Shown here one piece after another: positions 40,171 to 53,407 of a stretch of 64,000 nt of DNA (within the stretch, counting starts at the first letter, position 1; each line of letters starts with the position of its first letter). The DNA is from Convolutriloba macropyga (taxonomy: Eukaryota): NCBI RefSeq assembly GCF_964194025.1, contig NW_027451610.1:1-64000 (forward strand). Reading direction: 5' to 3'. The notes under the pieces were generated by a model. The model had not been told where the DNA came from, ran no database searches, and saw nothing but the letters and a program-made list of their open reading frames with translations. Position numbers and translations under genes: made by a program.

Positions 40171-40565
40171 CAACCACCATTCTATGAGAGTAGAGCTAAC
40201 CAAAATGTAGAGTGAACAAAATGGATGAAAACTCTAATATGGGCAATAATGGCCAGAGAAATCATTCACGTAGAAAGACTAATAAAAATAAAATTTGTAA
40301 GACCGGACCTATTTGACCCGCCCTCACCATCTTACGAAGATCCAATGGAGGGCGAGCGGACAATGAATTCAGAGCAAGAGAACAAAGAAACGACAAGAGA
40401 AAAGTGGATTGAGAAAAAGGATACCTAGCAATCGAAACAAAGGGACCAATCATTGACAGAATACCATGGGATGAGGCACACATTAAAGTGAAAAATCTAA
40501 TCTACTTATCGCTAGGAGCTTGTGCTACCAGAATATTTTATCAAAGGAATCCTTATACCAGAATC
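40171..40565 (+). pseudogene. Relic gag N-terminus of a second, related Gypsy family
   Basis: QPPFYES...E*TKWMKTLIWAIMARE...PSYE...PWDEAHIKVKNLIYLSLG aligns by eye with PFWE...WEKWRIQVKLAILARE...PKYE...SLLYLSIG of the element at 52 kb. Confidence 0.7.
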
Positions 40566-42458
40566 AAATTGGAACAAAATTCTGGTAAAATTTTTACTCT
40601 CTTCCATGAGGTGGTTGTTTTCTAAAGAGTTAGTTATCTTGTGAGACTCTTGCAGGATTCTTTGAGACTTTTCTGACATCTATTTCGCAAGGGCATTTAT
40701 CGGATAATGCAATGCGTGACTTGGACTTTCTAAAACAGTTATAATCAATTTTTCACGGTTAAGATATAAGCCAGGTCTTCAAAGTTCAAATTTTCGACTA
40801 AAATATCCAAAACTTATAGTAGCACGGAGTATGTAACTGTGTTTGTTGCACGCCCGTTAAGTAGCATACCCAATGCCCCAATTGCACTACATAGCGATGC
40901 CACATAGCAATTAGTTACAGAAAAACTGTTTTCAATCTCAAACTGATCTTCAGAACAAAATTCTAAGTTTTTAAAAATAGCGTCCAATAATTTGTATAAG
41001 AAGAACTGCAATGGCGCTAGGAGTCGGTTTGTTTCAACAAGTATTAGTCATATTTATAATGTCGGACATAAAATTTTACTATATAATTTTAGTATAATTT
41101 TTTCCTTATAATGATAATCACAAGGCGACCGTCATAGAAGTTTTAACAAGAAAAGGTTTCCAACTCTTTCTGAAAACTAAGCAAATTACCTGTCGAAACC
41201 AAGTGATTTACTTTTTTGAGCATATAAAACTGTTCTGCAAAAAAAAGCGAAAAAATGTGTAGCAATGTACTTGTCTGATCAGTTCCAATTGAACCCCAGA
41301 AGTTTTGATGAGTATTCAGTACATCTCACAGTATATTAATTTACCTAAATTGGGTTTTTGTTTTTCAACAGTAAAAATGAAAGCCTTGGTATCAGATTTT
41401 AGACGAAGACCAGATTTACCAAGACGGTTATTGTTTTGTGCATTCTTGATATGGTCGTGTTAAATCTTTGCGCGATCTTATTAAAGTTTTATTTACAAAA
41501 CTAGCTTAAAGTTGTCTTGTAAATATTTACACGCGTTGACAAAAAGTGTTAATCGTGGATCCTTTATATTATGGAAAATTTACTTCGTAAATCACAAAAA
41601 TTTTAAAATAATGAAAAAATTATAAAAAAATTTCATATATGAAAATTATTCTTGCGATAGTGATGACACATTCTCTGATAGTGATATGAATGAAAGTTTT
41701 TGCCTAAGTTATTGAGTTATTATTTCGAACCAGGCAAACAAAAATTGGTCGCGCATCAGTGCAGTAGTGGGGTTCAGTCCAATTAACATCCAGCTATATT
41801 AAAACAACCACACGACATATTTTACCTCAACATAGAAGCGCTCTCGATCAAGCTCTACAAGATAAACAAAAAAGAATTGCGGTGACATTTTTTCTTCGCC
41901 GCTAAAATTGAATTATTGAATCGTTAATCATGAGCCAAGCTGTGAAATCTTAACTACATTTTTTGCAGCTACAACCAAATCTACAGGATTCATTAATTTC
42001 ACCATAAATTGTACTTTTACTTATGGACGACAAATCTATATAATTACTGATCTAAGTCTAAATGAAATTCTGTTATGATTTTTTAGTACTGGGTAAGTCT
42101 TAAAAGAAGTTTTACAAGCTTGACAAGTTTTGTCCAAGACTTATATAACAATTTAAAGTTAAATTTCAAGTCAAACCACTTTCCAAAAATTTTCGAGTGA
42201 AAGTCTCGAATTTTGGAGAAAAATGTAACGCGTTTTCAGCATTAATATTCAAGTTTAAACTTGATGTTCTTCTTTAACCCTTTTGGGGAAGACAATAGTA
42301 GTTGGTCATCCACAAAACTGCTAAAAATGTAATATCCTAAAAGAGCCATTGAAGAATGTTCACGTGCGCTCAAACTTGTGACTGAAGAACGCCAGTGAAA
42401 GACGCTGAAGAATAGTCATTTAAAAAACCGGCAAAACAAAATTTCCACAATTTTTTAG

Positions 42459-42812
42459 TATGACCGTTTTTCTCCAGGATGCAGACACCCCATCATCATG
42501 ACGATAGCTTTCAGTATTGAGCAAATAACTTGGTTGTCTGGAAAATGTAATGCGTAGTTGCTTCAAGTTATATGAGAATTTGAAAATTTGAGGAAAAAAT
42601 TTTGACACAGCCACAAAAATTTCTCAAAATTAGCAAATTTGACTTTTGCAATGTAAATTTAAAATACATCGCAAAAGTCAAACCCGCTAAATTCGGGACA
42701 TTTTTGTGGCTATTTCGTAGACAACAGTGACAAATTTTTGTCATAAATTTTCATATAAGTTGAAGTCTTTGACAGCCTATCATGACCTCTGGGAGTTTTT
42801 AGAGCGGTCCAT
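42459..42812. repeat. Degenerate long foldback (palindromic) element
   Basis: GCCACAAAAAT...TTTGACTTTTGC / GCAAAAGTCAAA...ATTTTTGTGGC symmetric about ~42660. Confidence 0.6.
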
Positions 42813-44060
42813 AAAATATCTGAGACAATAATATGTTTCAACAGCTTTGAAATTTATCAATTTATATGCACACTCAACAGCATCTAGGTAAGCTCTGATA
42901 ACGACCAGCTTAAAATGAAAAAAATTCCATCGTTTATACTTAGAGGATTAAATGCATAAAAGAACACACATTAAAAATTTATTAATCACGCAGGTGCAGA
43001 AAAAGGTGAAAAATGGAAAAAACTTTGAAAAATAGTCTTTTGTGCTATAAGCTGAGTTCTGTTTTTTATCTCTCCATATTTTGATCTCAAATTCGGAATT
43101 TATCACGCTTTCCAAGGTGGTTTTTTAGTCAGTCAAAGCGATTCCAAAGCTTCAAAAAAAGTTTCATTTTAATCAGATTAGAGTGCATGTTGAAATTTCG
43201 TAAATGATTGAGCACTGCTGAAGCAAAAAATGTAAATGTCGAAACACAGTTTATCAAACGTTTCAATATTAGCACAATTGTTTCTGTTATGTATTAAAAA
43301 ATATTGATTTCATTTATTCGAAAGAGAAATATTTTGCTTGCCATGCCAAATTGAAGTTAAATAAAAAAAACGGCTTGATTTCATATTTAAATAGAAGACG
43401 GAAATTGTTAATTATCACATCTTTGTGCGGTTCTTAACGGTTTTGATCGTTTCGGAAACATTATTTACAGAGCAATAGCGAATAACGATAGAAATCAATA
43501 AATATCTTTAACTTTTCTTCATAAACTCACTTATAATCTCTTTTTAGTAAAATTATCCATGAAATTCGAATTGTGTCTGTGTTTATGTGCATTACTATAT
43601 TTCCAAAAAAAAAACTAACCTGAGCAACTTTATCCTTCGTGTATCACCAGAAAATTTTGGATGGCTCTAAAATGAACAAATCAACTCAGAATTTTAAAAA
43701 AAAACTTAAGCTAACCGCATGCAATTTCATTTCTAAATTTCGGCTTGTGGTCTCTCACGTTTTTGCTGGAAACTTAATCTGATCACCTTTCCGCTTAAAT
43801 AAGAACAAGAAAATTGTTGAACAAAATAATTTAGTGCAAATTTTTGATTTTCAACCTATAATTTTTCAGTTTTCACAATTATTGAGCTGCAAAGTCGAAA
43901 ATTTTCTCAAAAAACTTTCTCAATTTCTCTATAACTCTTCAATTTTAAGCCTATTCACTATAACTAACACCTTACGCATCTCTTTATTGTTTTTTTTTTC
44001 ATCTTAGTTAATTGTATTTGGCTGATTTTTCTCCTTCAAAAAATGGCGTGAAATGTTACG

Positions 44061-44342
44061 ATGTCCTCTACATGCTCTTCGAACAGCGACTGTGTTTCGG
44101 GTGCCCAAAAATGTTGTTACTACAGAAGTACCCTCACATACAAATGTTGCCACATACATGAAGACGAGGGCAATTTGTTCAACCTCATTTGGTACTCTTT
44201 GGGTGCACTGTTTCTGGTGGTCATTTGCATAGGGGTGATAATTGGCCGGTGTATCAAACGGAAGTTACAGAAGAATGCGGGCACAGGTCACGATGAAAAC
44301 AAACCCGAAAATAGGCGCAATTGCAATCAAATACGAAATGCG
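44061..44342 (+). CDS. Shisa-like (WBP1/VOPP1/CYYR1-type) single-pass membrane protein, exon 1
   Basis: C-x5-C-x6-CC-x9-CC pattern, TM LIWYSLGALFLVVICIGVII, basic stop-transfer RCIKRK; donor GCG|GTTAGA is phase 0 (other phase-0 donors after 44372 and 44381 are possible). Confidence 0.65.
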
Positions 44343-45080
44343 GTTAGAATCACTAAAGTGCTGAGCTCAATGGTTAACTTGGTATCTTTTCGAGGAAAAT
44401 TCGTTATTTCTGCTCCTGAAATTCGCCGCCTCCTTATTTGTCGAGAAAAATATTTTTGAGTTTTCTTTCATAGTATTTATCGAAAATGCTGATTCTCATT
44501 TTGGTTATGTGAAATATTACATAAGTTTGAACAAAAAAGACGTAATAAATAACGCAATTTTTAAAGTGGAAAATAACAAAAAAAAATCAACGCGAATTGA
44601 AATATTTTAGTAATTATACTTTTTTCTAAATCATTCAATCTATTCAGAAAGCAATTTACTTAACTTCGTGGATAAACTGATTAAAGCAGATTTGCCTATT
44701 ACAATATCTAAATTTTGACGAATAAATACAGTACTTTCGTTTTTGGATCTTAAGATAATTTTTTTTATTTGTACCAGAGGTGAGGTCATGTTCAATCTGT
44801 ACTATACAAGCAAATAAATCTATAGTTAAAAAAATTCCATTTTTAAAACGAAAAAATAACCGAAATTTTGCAAGTTTTTTTAAATCTCTACTCTATAAAA
44901 ATTGGCATCGCTAGAAAAAAGTCATACATTTTTCTCTTCATCCAGACCGTAACCAATTTTAAAATTAAATCATTATCTTCATTGTAAATAGCTTTCATCT
45001 CCAGTTTTTTTGTTATTTTACTGAAGTCTGGAGTCATCTAGCTGCTGATATTGAAGGCAAGGGAGATATAGAGAAAGTGG

Positions 45081-45085
<5 letters not shown>

Positions 45086-45133
<48 letters not shown>
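45086..45133. repeat. (GA)n microsatellite
   Basis: About 24 perfect units. Confidence 0.95.
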
Positions 45134-45134
<1 letters not shown>

Positions 45135-46012
45135 AGATGATCTGGGAGTACCGTGAAGAATTTAAAAAAAATCAATTATCTGACTCAAAACTCTGGATAA
45201 ATTTTTCAGAGCGATTCTTTTTTGCGATCTAAATAGTGCTCGAAAGACTTTCTTTCATCCGGTGAACAGAAAATATTTAAGAACCGCAATGACGGTTTTA
45301 GCAGAAAAGGCATTGGGTTTTGCATTATATCTAAGTCGTTTCTTTTCCGTTTTTTTAAAAATTTACCGAGCAGGCTGAAATTGTAAAAGCTCAAATCGGC
45401 GAAAAAAACTCAAATCAAACCTCAAATTATCTGTGGTTCAACTCGGCAGGAAATATTTGGAGAATATTAAATTTAGTAAATTTAGATAGAATTATTCGTT
45501 TTAGATAGAATTATTCGTTTTCATGTCGAAACAGCGTTTCTTAACAAAAAAATTGCTGCTTGGATCTTATAATTGTGGCGTGGTTCTCCTAAGATTCTCG
45601 TAAGTTGGTTAGTTCTAAGAAATGTGGAGAGAAAACTATCAGATGTATTTTCAACATAACATGGTTTTTGAGCCACAGTCGGTCCGCAGCTGGTCTATTT
45701 TAGAAAATTCATTATTCTGAAGAGAATAATCAAGTTTGAGAATATTCAAATTAGTTTCCTTGATGGCGCTAGAGTTTGTAATCATTACATCTCCAGAATA
45801 ATTTAGATTTCCTAATGTGCAGTTCTTCTTCATTATGATTATATTGAGATCATGTAGTTTCCCATGGCTAAAATCATCTTGTACAGCCTGAAAAATTCTC
45901 ATACCCCAAAATTAAGTATGAGCAGAGTAATATCATACTTTTGTAGATTATAAATGGCAATTACTATAGTAGTATATATACACTATTTATATCTAAACTA
46001 GTTTGTAGGCAG

Positions 46013-46597
46013 TGTCATACAGATATTGTTACTTTACTCGAAATAAAATTGCGGTGCCAATTTAAGAGTTTTGTCACTACAAAATTATTGGCTATTTCGC
46101 GGAGCGAATTCACTATTAATTTTGTATTTTGAAAATCCGATTTCCTGAGTTCCAATTATGAGTGCTTTTAGCGCCGCTGAGTAAGCTTTAATTTCGAAAC
46201 TAGTATTTCGCTTACCGAAATGAGGTCTATTCTAATATTGTGAAATTGAGTACTTCGCTCCGTGAATTTTGGATTGAAAGAGATGCAACTAAACTTGAAT
46301 TCAGATTCGACAAGAATGATTAAATTAAGATAAACAGAATGTGATCAGCAATTTGATCATAACTAAATTTTACAAGTTGCGGCAAACAGAATGACAGCAT
46401 GAATAGACAATTATTTCAGGAAAATATGTAAACAAATTAACAAGCATGAAAAGATGAAGATTTGATCTTCAAACAGGAAATGAACAATTGAGAACTAAAA
46501 ATTGATGAAATTGAACTAGATTAAAATAACTAAAATTAAAAGGATTTAGTACTCCTAAGTCGATAACCCCATCCATACTAATCTATACTATATCACA
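46013..46597 (-). repeat. Gypsy 3' LTR (585 bp)
   Basis: Roughly 93-95% identical to the 5' LTR by eye; preceded by PPT GAGGGGGAAA (46598-46607). Confidence 0.92.
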
Positions 46598-46642
46598 TTT
46601 CCCCCTCGACAAAAATAAACAACGAAGTAGTTTATCAAGATA

Positions 46643-49600
46643 TTAATAACATATTTTCTGGTTACTATAAATAATACTGTAATATTTATGAAAATTTTTA
46701 ATCAGATTCGCTTTCATTGATCCTTTCCGCCTCACCAACTCTCGTTGATTTTTCTGGCCCTTCATAATTTGCGGAAATATAGTATTGTTCGGGTATGTTT
46801 GTAACGGTGAACAAGGGTTCACTGTATAATCAGACTCTACATTTTGATTTCTGGCTGCAGTTTTTTGAATCGTAGAGACGATTGATTTATTTTGTACGAT
46901 TAACTGTCGTCGCTTATGACGTGAAGGTGCCGAGGACGATGAAGTGGCCGGCGGACATGTTTTAGTGGAAATTAAGGGCTCGTAAGATTCTGTAATCGAA
47001 GGGGAGGATCTTTTTCTTTTCTGTGTTGGTTGGAAAGATTCAGTAGCTTTAGTTGCTGCTTTTCTCTTGGGTCGCGTTGGTGGCTCCGCAATTACGATTG
47101 ACGTAATCGGAAGCTCCATTGGCGGCGCAAAACCAGTTCCACTTTCAGTTGGTGGCTACGGTGGTGCGGGTACTAAGGTTTTCTTTGGTTTGACTGGCAT
47201 TCGTGCTCGCAACGCTCTTGTCACGTTTGAGTGGATTGACGAAAGTGCACTGACATTATCTGCGATTTTCTTATGCTTCATCTTTTTATTGCCCTCATCT
47301 TTTTTCTCGCCTCTCTCGCATGCTGTTTAATTAAGTCCTCTGTTATCTTTCCTGACGGTATTTTCTGTCTCCTGTCGGCATAAATTTTTCAATCAGTTTG
47401 ACGCTCTTCCTTCGTCCCAATTTTGGCCAAATCCGAGTTTCGACTCGTAACCTTTCGTCTCCCCGGTTCTTTGATTACTGATGTGTAGGCGTCTGTTTTG
47501 AGTACTGATGATCCAGGCGCCATAACTTCTTAGAGTTCATCGAGGCTTTCCTTTGATCTTTTGCTCTTGGGTTTCTTCTTTGCTTGTTTTACTGTGAGTG
47601 AGGCCTCTGTTCTTGGCACTGCCAGTCCAACATCTGGATGGAGAATTACACGAGATTCCTTATCAGGATCCGCGTTGCTCCGTCGGACCGCATCTTTGCT
47701 TAACTTTTTTTTATTTTGTTCCAGCTCGATGTCACTACTTGCTTCTGTGTCCAAATTGTCCACCGAGATCAGCTCTTGCCAACGAACTGTCCCCATGTCT
47801 AAATATTTTTTCAAAATTCGTTTTTATGTGAGACTACTAGGATCAGGTTCGGTTGAAATATTACTTAATGGAGTACTCGCTTTTCTGCCAAAATGTGCCT
47901 CAAATGGCGATATATTTATAGTCTTTTGTCGGCATATACTTAGTTGGTAAATAATAGAATTTAGCGATGCTTTCAAATTAAATTGGTTTCAAGCCGCCGT
48001 TTAAATACAAGCTAAACGATTCTTGATTGTTTGAATTAGCCTTTCAACAAGTCCAGTTGCTCTGTGGTCGTGTAATGGAGATTCAATTAATTGTATATTA
48101 TTTTGATTACAAAATGCTTTAATTTGTTGACCAGTTTGGCACCGCGCTTGGTCTAATCTGATAGAACGAGGAATTCCGTGTAGCAAAGCATATTCTTGAA
48201 GGAATTTCAAAATATTATCTGCATTTCCTCTATCAAATACCTCCGCAGTCGGAAATTTAGAAAATCGATCTATGCATGCAAGAAAGTAGAATTCTTGATT
48301 CTTTTCATTATAGATTGGTCCTCCGAAATCAATTTGAACTTCTTCATTTGGTACTTTGCATAATATTCATGGTGCCCATTTGCTAGCAGGAATAAAAGAT
48401 TTTAAATTTTTACCAATTTTGACACAAGGATTGCATTTTGCCAATTTTGTGATGATATCGCGATGAATGTACGGCCACCATGCATGTGTCACCATGTCCG
48501 TCATCCTCCAACTCCCTGGATGCGTTGCGTTTATCGTCTCCACATAAGCTTCTTTGACTGAGTTGGGTATGGCGATGCGATCGTCAGTGCACACACACAC
48601 ATCCATTTTGAACATGAAGGTCCTTCTAAAAACTATGGATGTAAGGGCTTATCTGTCGGCATCTGTCCTCGTTTTCTGTGAGAACACAGTCCCTGATCTC
48701 CTTTAGAATCGCGTCCTTTGATGTGAAGCTTGCCATCAGGGTACTCGAGAATATTTTAGACAACGTTAAAGGCGTTCGTATATAGGTCATCAATGGACAG
48801 CGAAGTAACTATAGTGGTGTCTGTGTTTGGCGTCGATGGTGTTGCTGGCACTGCGAGAGCTGTGGATGGGCCTGCTTGGGTCTGCAAACCTTACTTTAGA
48901 TGGTGTTTAATGCTTCACTTGCATGAGAGTTTCGTCGTCTGAGTTTGACATCATTAATACCTTTTGAAATTTAGTCGCAATTCGTTGAAAATTATTTAAG
49001 TTTTTGTTCGACTGATTTGTGGAGTGATTTAAGGCAAAAAGCGAGTTTGGAATGTTTGCTGTCTCAATTTGGGTATTAGAATTTAAGTTATTGGTTGCTG
49101 TTTTTCCAATTGTATTATCATTTAACGTAATCGCAGAATATTCTCGATTTCGCGATGCAAATTCACTGCATAATTTGTTAATGGTATGCTGAGTATTTGA
49201 GGCTTGTTTTATAATTGGATTTCCGCCGCAAAATTAATGTAATTCTTTGCATTCAATAAGAAGCGTTTCGCGCTGAGTTCAATCACGTCCAATTTAGCAA
49301 CTATGATTTGTTCATCACAAGCAGATATATTAACATATTTTGCTGCGGGTCGCGTGAGATATAATCAACAAGTCCCATTTTTGATCCGGGTAGATGAATC
49401 AATAGGTAATAATCTAACGAAAAAATGTGTTAATCGACTATTATAAAATTTGTTAGCTCTATTTCCTCTCATGATCGATAGCAAAGACCTGTGATCATTA
49501 ATTACAGCGTATGGATTACCATAAAGATAGTATTTGAAGTGTTCGATGGACCAAACAGCACCTAATAACTCAAGCTCATTGATGCTATACCGATCTTCTA

Positions 49601-51145
49601 CAGAATTTAAAAATCGTGATGCAAAAACTGCGGTGTGCCAACCGTTTGAAGATCTTTGCTCTAATTCACAACCCAATCCTGTACGTGAGGCATCTCATTT
49701 TATATGGGTTTCTAGATCGGGGTTAACATACTTATTTTCCGTTGTTTCAGCAATCTTCTGTTTTATCAGCTCGAACTGTTCTTTATGTTCCTATGTCCAA
49801 ATAAATTTTGTGTTTATCTTAAGAAGTGGTCTAAGTGGAAAACACAATTGCGATAGATTGGGGATAAATTTTCCCAGATGATGAACTGATCCCATAAAAG
49901 ATCGTAGTTTTTTAAGATTTGAGGGTGACAATAATTTGTCAATTGTATCAGTTTTATTTGATAATGGTGTTATGCCTATTTGAGTGATGCTGTGCCCGAG
50001 CCATTCAATTTTATCTTTTGCAAAATGGTTTTTTAAATTTTGCAAGATTGATTTGAAGATTTTCTTGAAATAATTTCATTAAGCATTTTCGTACGAGGTC
50101 AAGATGTTGTTCTATTTTGCCTCTACTTACTATTAATATATCGTCAAGAAAACAGAATGTATTGGTTAGGCCGGCAAGTGTACAATCAATTGCTTTTTGA
50201 AATTCGGCTGGCAACCGTTAGTCTGTAAAATTCCGCTTTGCAACGATAATTGCCGGTCATATCTCCACTTACTAGATTAAAGTTGCAATGGCGGGCCGTA
50301 TCGCTATGTAAAATTAATTGACTATAAGCATACTGCAGATCGAGTGCCGTAAAATAAGCTGTTTCTTGCGGTGCAGTTGATAGTGTCTGTGAGATCGTTT
50401 GAATTAGTGAATCGATATTTGGCATCCGGTACTTGTTTTTGTGAGTAGCTTTGTTCAAGTTTTTGGAGTCTAAGGTTATTTTGATTGATTGGTCTTTTTT
50501 GACTGTTATAACTATTGGAGAGATGAAAAACTGGTCAGAACAGTTTGTTAATTTTTCGATATGTCCTTCATTCAACAACTTTTCGAGTTCAATTTTAACT
50601 TTTGGTTGAAGATGAATAGGTACTTTTCTCCCTTTTTGGTGCGTGACACAATATTTTTTGTAAAAATTTTGATTTAACTGTATGATGTTTCAATTTTCCT
50701 ATTCTTGAGATGAGTTCCGGAAATTCTGTTGCCAGTGATTTTTTTTTTATTGTACAAGGAGTTTCTACGTTGTTTACCTCTATGTTCGGTAAGACTTTTG
50801 TGAAATTGTTATCCCCAATTGATCAAAAAGGTCACGTCCAAGAATGGATCTAAAACCGTCCGCAACTAGCGTGATTTTTGCTTTTTGAATTTTCCAATCA
50901 TTACAACGAACTGGCGTTTTTAATGTTCCTAATGTTTCGACTATATCATTCGAAAAAGATTTCAGTTCCAGCGGTTTTTTCTCCAACCATTGTGATTGTG
51001 CACAATTAAACATTATTTCCTTGGCAAGTGACATATTGATTATAGTGCAACCACTACCAGAATAGAGGAGCAAATGACAATCCGTGTTTCCAATTGTTAT
51101 CGTCATGTTTTGTGGTGCAATAGGTGTGTGTTTACTTTCTACCAT
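46643..51145 (-). pseudogene. pol: Gypsy pol (protease, RT, RNase H, integrase), disrupted
   Basis: LLYSGSG (DSG mutated), ALDLQYAYSQL, FLDDILI, YSINELELL, HPG...CNPC zinc finger, GIPRSIRLD, GLVER. Confidence 0.9.
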
Positions 51146-51309
51146 TGCAACGTAATTATCGTCTGAAGAATCGTAGTCAGAAATAAAATATTCATTATAG
51201 TTTACATAATTTACAATTTGATCTTCCGAATGTGTGTTTTATTCTGCAGTTTCAGTAGTTTCTACATTATTGATGCGATTATCTTGACGAGAATTTGGTG
51301 TATTATTTA

Positions 51310-52335
51310 TTTTTTTCCGACATACCTTTGCGAAGTGGTTGAGTAACCCTCAAAGATTGCATTTCTTACCCAGAGCAGAGCAAACCTGACGATGTGTTGA
51401 AGTCCAGACTTGGCCACATCCTCTACACTGACCAGTCGCTGCTCGATTGACTGCTACTCTGCCTGGTTGTTTTCCGCGTGCATTCGCGCCGCAAAATCTA
51501 TTGAAGGATTGTAGAGCATTGATTGCACTGCCAGTTGCGCTGTTATTGTTGTTGTTGTTGTTGTTGTTGTTGGATGAAATCCGTTGTTGATTTTGATGAC
51601 CCATCTCCATATTTACAGCTATACTCAGAGCTCTTTCTGGATCAACTGTGTCATGAAGGAGTTCACGTTGAATATCATCATCCAACATATTCGTGATGAA
51701 GATGTCTCTGATTATCACTTCTTCTCGATTTTCGAATTCACAATTTTCCGCCAATTCTTTCAAAATGCTGTAGAATTGTTCTACAGTTTCAGCCTTTTTC
51801 TGTTTTCGTGAGAAAAACACGTAGAGATCAAAGGTGAAGTTTCTGGGACGAATGAAAGCTATTTCCATCATCTCCCAGAGTTTGAGGCTAGTGAGATCGT
51901 AGATGTTATCATGCGGAAATTTTTGTGTTAGAAGATGTTTTCCTTCTGTTCCGATACTGAGATACAGGAGTGAAACACATTTTGGTCACATAGATGCCAT
52001 GGTCATTCTCCACACAAAACGCCTGCCTCCGTTATTTTTTGGCATTTCAATTCCCATTGAAGCTTCAGATGATTGTTCCTAAATTGTCGGTCTCTGTCCG
52101 TATCTTCTGTCGCATCTTCGATGGCCAATTCATATTTCGGCTCAACAGGTAGTCTTACCGTTGTTGGTTTTGGTTGGAGAAGCGCATCTAGCGTGATGTT
52201 CTCTCGTGCAAGGATTGCAAGTTTTACTTGAATTCGCCACTTCTCCCAATGTATTGGATGATCTAAAGTAGGTCGTTCCCAAAATGGCTCTATTGACAGC
52301 GGTGTCTTCCTAGATTCGCAAACTGACTGCGCCAT
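51310..52335 (-). pseudogene. gag: Gypsy gag, disrupted
   Basis: WEKWRIQVKLAILARE; FFSRKQKKAETVEQF...LAENCEF; two knuckles CRGCGQVWTSTHRQVC and CNL*GLLNHFAKVC. Confidence 0.85.
52324..52334 (-). promoter_or_regulatory. Gypsy PBS, probably tRNA-Ser
   Basis: TGGCGCAGTCA is complementary to a ...GACTGCG-CCA 3' end, as recalled for invertebrate tRNA-Ser. Confidence 0.7.
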
Positions 52336-52923
52336 GTCATACAGATTTTATTACTGTAATCAAAATGAAATCGCGGTGCCGATTTAGGAGTTTTGTCACT
52401 ACAAAATTATTGACTATTTCGCGGAGCAAATTCACTTTTAATTTTGTATTTTGAAAATCCGGTTTTCTGAGTTCCAATTATGAGTGCTTTTAGCGCCGCT
52501 GAGTTAGCTTTAATTTCGAAACTAGTATTTCGCTTACCGAAATGAGGTCTATTCTAATATTGTAAAATTGTGTACTTCGCGGGGCGAATTTTGGATTGAA
52601 AGAGATGCAACTAAACTTGAATTCAGATTCGACAAGAATGATTAAATTAAGATAAACAGAATGTGATCAGCAATTTGATCCTAACTATATTTTACAAGTT
52701 GCGGCAAACAGAATGACTGGACAGCATGAATAGACAATTATCTCAGGAAAATATGTAAACAAATTAACAAGCATGAAAAGATGAACATGAATCTTCAAAC
52801 AGGAAATGAACAATTGAGAACTAAAAATTGATGAAATTGAACTAGATTAAAATAACTAAAATTAAAAGGATTCAGTACTCCTATATCGATAGCCCCATCC
52901 ATACTAATTCATACTACATCACA
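52335..52923 (-). repeat. Gypsy 5' LTR (589 bp)
   Basis: TGTGAT...ATGACA on the - strand, followed directly by PBS TGGCGCAGTC. Confidence 0.92.
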
Positions 52924-53249
52924 GGCAGTTATCACAAAGCCCATTTAGCTTAGTGGTTACTACTTGCTACGCAAATTAAATGATACGATTACCCGCTCGA
53001 AAATCCAAATTGCATAGAAAACAAACCTTGTTAGCGGGAGTTAAGCTGAGCATAATGTTTTTCATGCAATAATTTTTACTCAAAAATCAATACCGGCCCT
53101 TGTAAAATGGGACATGAACAGAGTACTGGCATCCTAAAAAACAAAATGTCTCTATACTGATTCAGCACTGATTTATTCTGCCACCAACCTCCGGGGGATC
53201 CCCAAAGGAATGAGATTCAGAGCAACACTGTTCAAATTTCATTCTTTTG

Positions 53250-53407
53250 GGATCTATTCTGTTTCGCACCCCCAGTTTCTTTTATGACCCCCAGCTACAA
53301 ATTATAGGTTGTTATATAGCACGTTTTTATGTAAGAAAATAGCACGTATGCCTGGGGGTCATAAAAGAATTTTGTTCACTAACCTGGGGGGGCAACAGAA
53401 TAGATCC
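53250..53407. mobile_element. Small foldback MITE
   Basis: GGATCTATTCTGTT...AACAGAATAGATCC with nested inverted TTCTTTTATGACCCCCAG; weaker relatives at ~26172-26315 and ~29770-29955. Confidence 0.65.

Larger units (their letters stand above)
46013..52923 (-). mobile_element. Full-length, decayed Ty3/Gypsy LTR retrotransposon (Mag-like gag)
   Basis: Two LTRs, TSD GGCAG (46008-46012 and 52924-52928), PBS, PPT, domain order gag-PR-RT-RH-IN, many stops and frameshifts. Confidence 0.95.

Noticed and set aside
51350-51352. Programmed TGA readthrough or selenocysteine in the gag zinc knuckle
   Set aside because: The element has many other stops and frameshifts; a Cys-to-stop point mutation is simpler.
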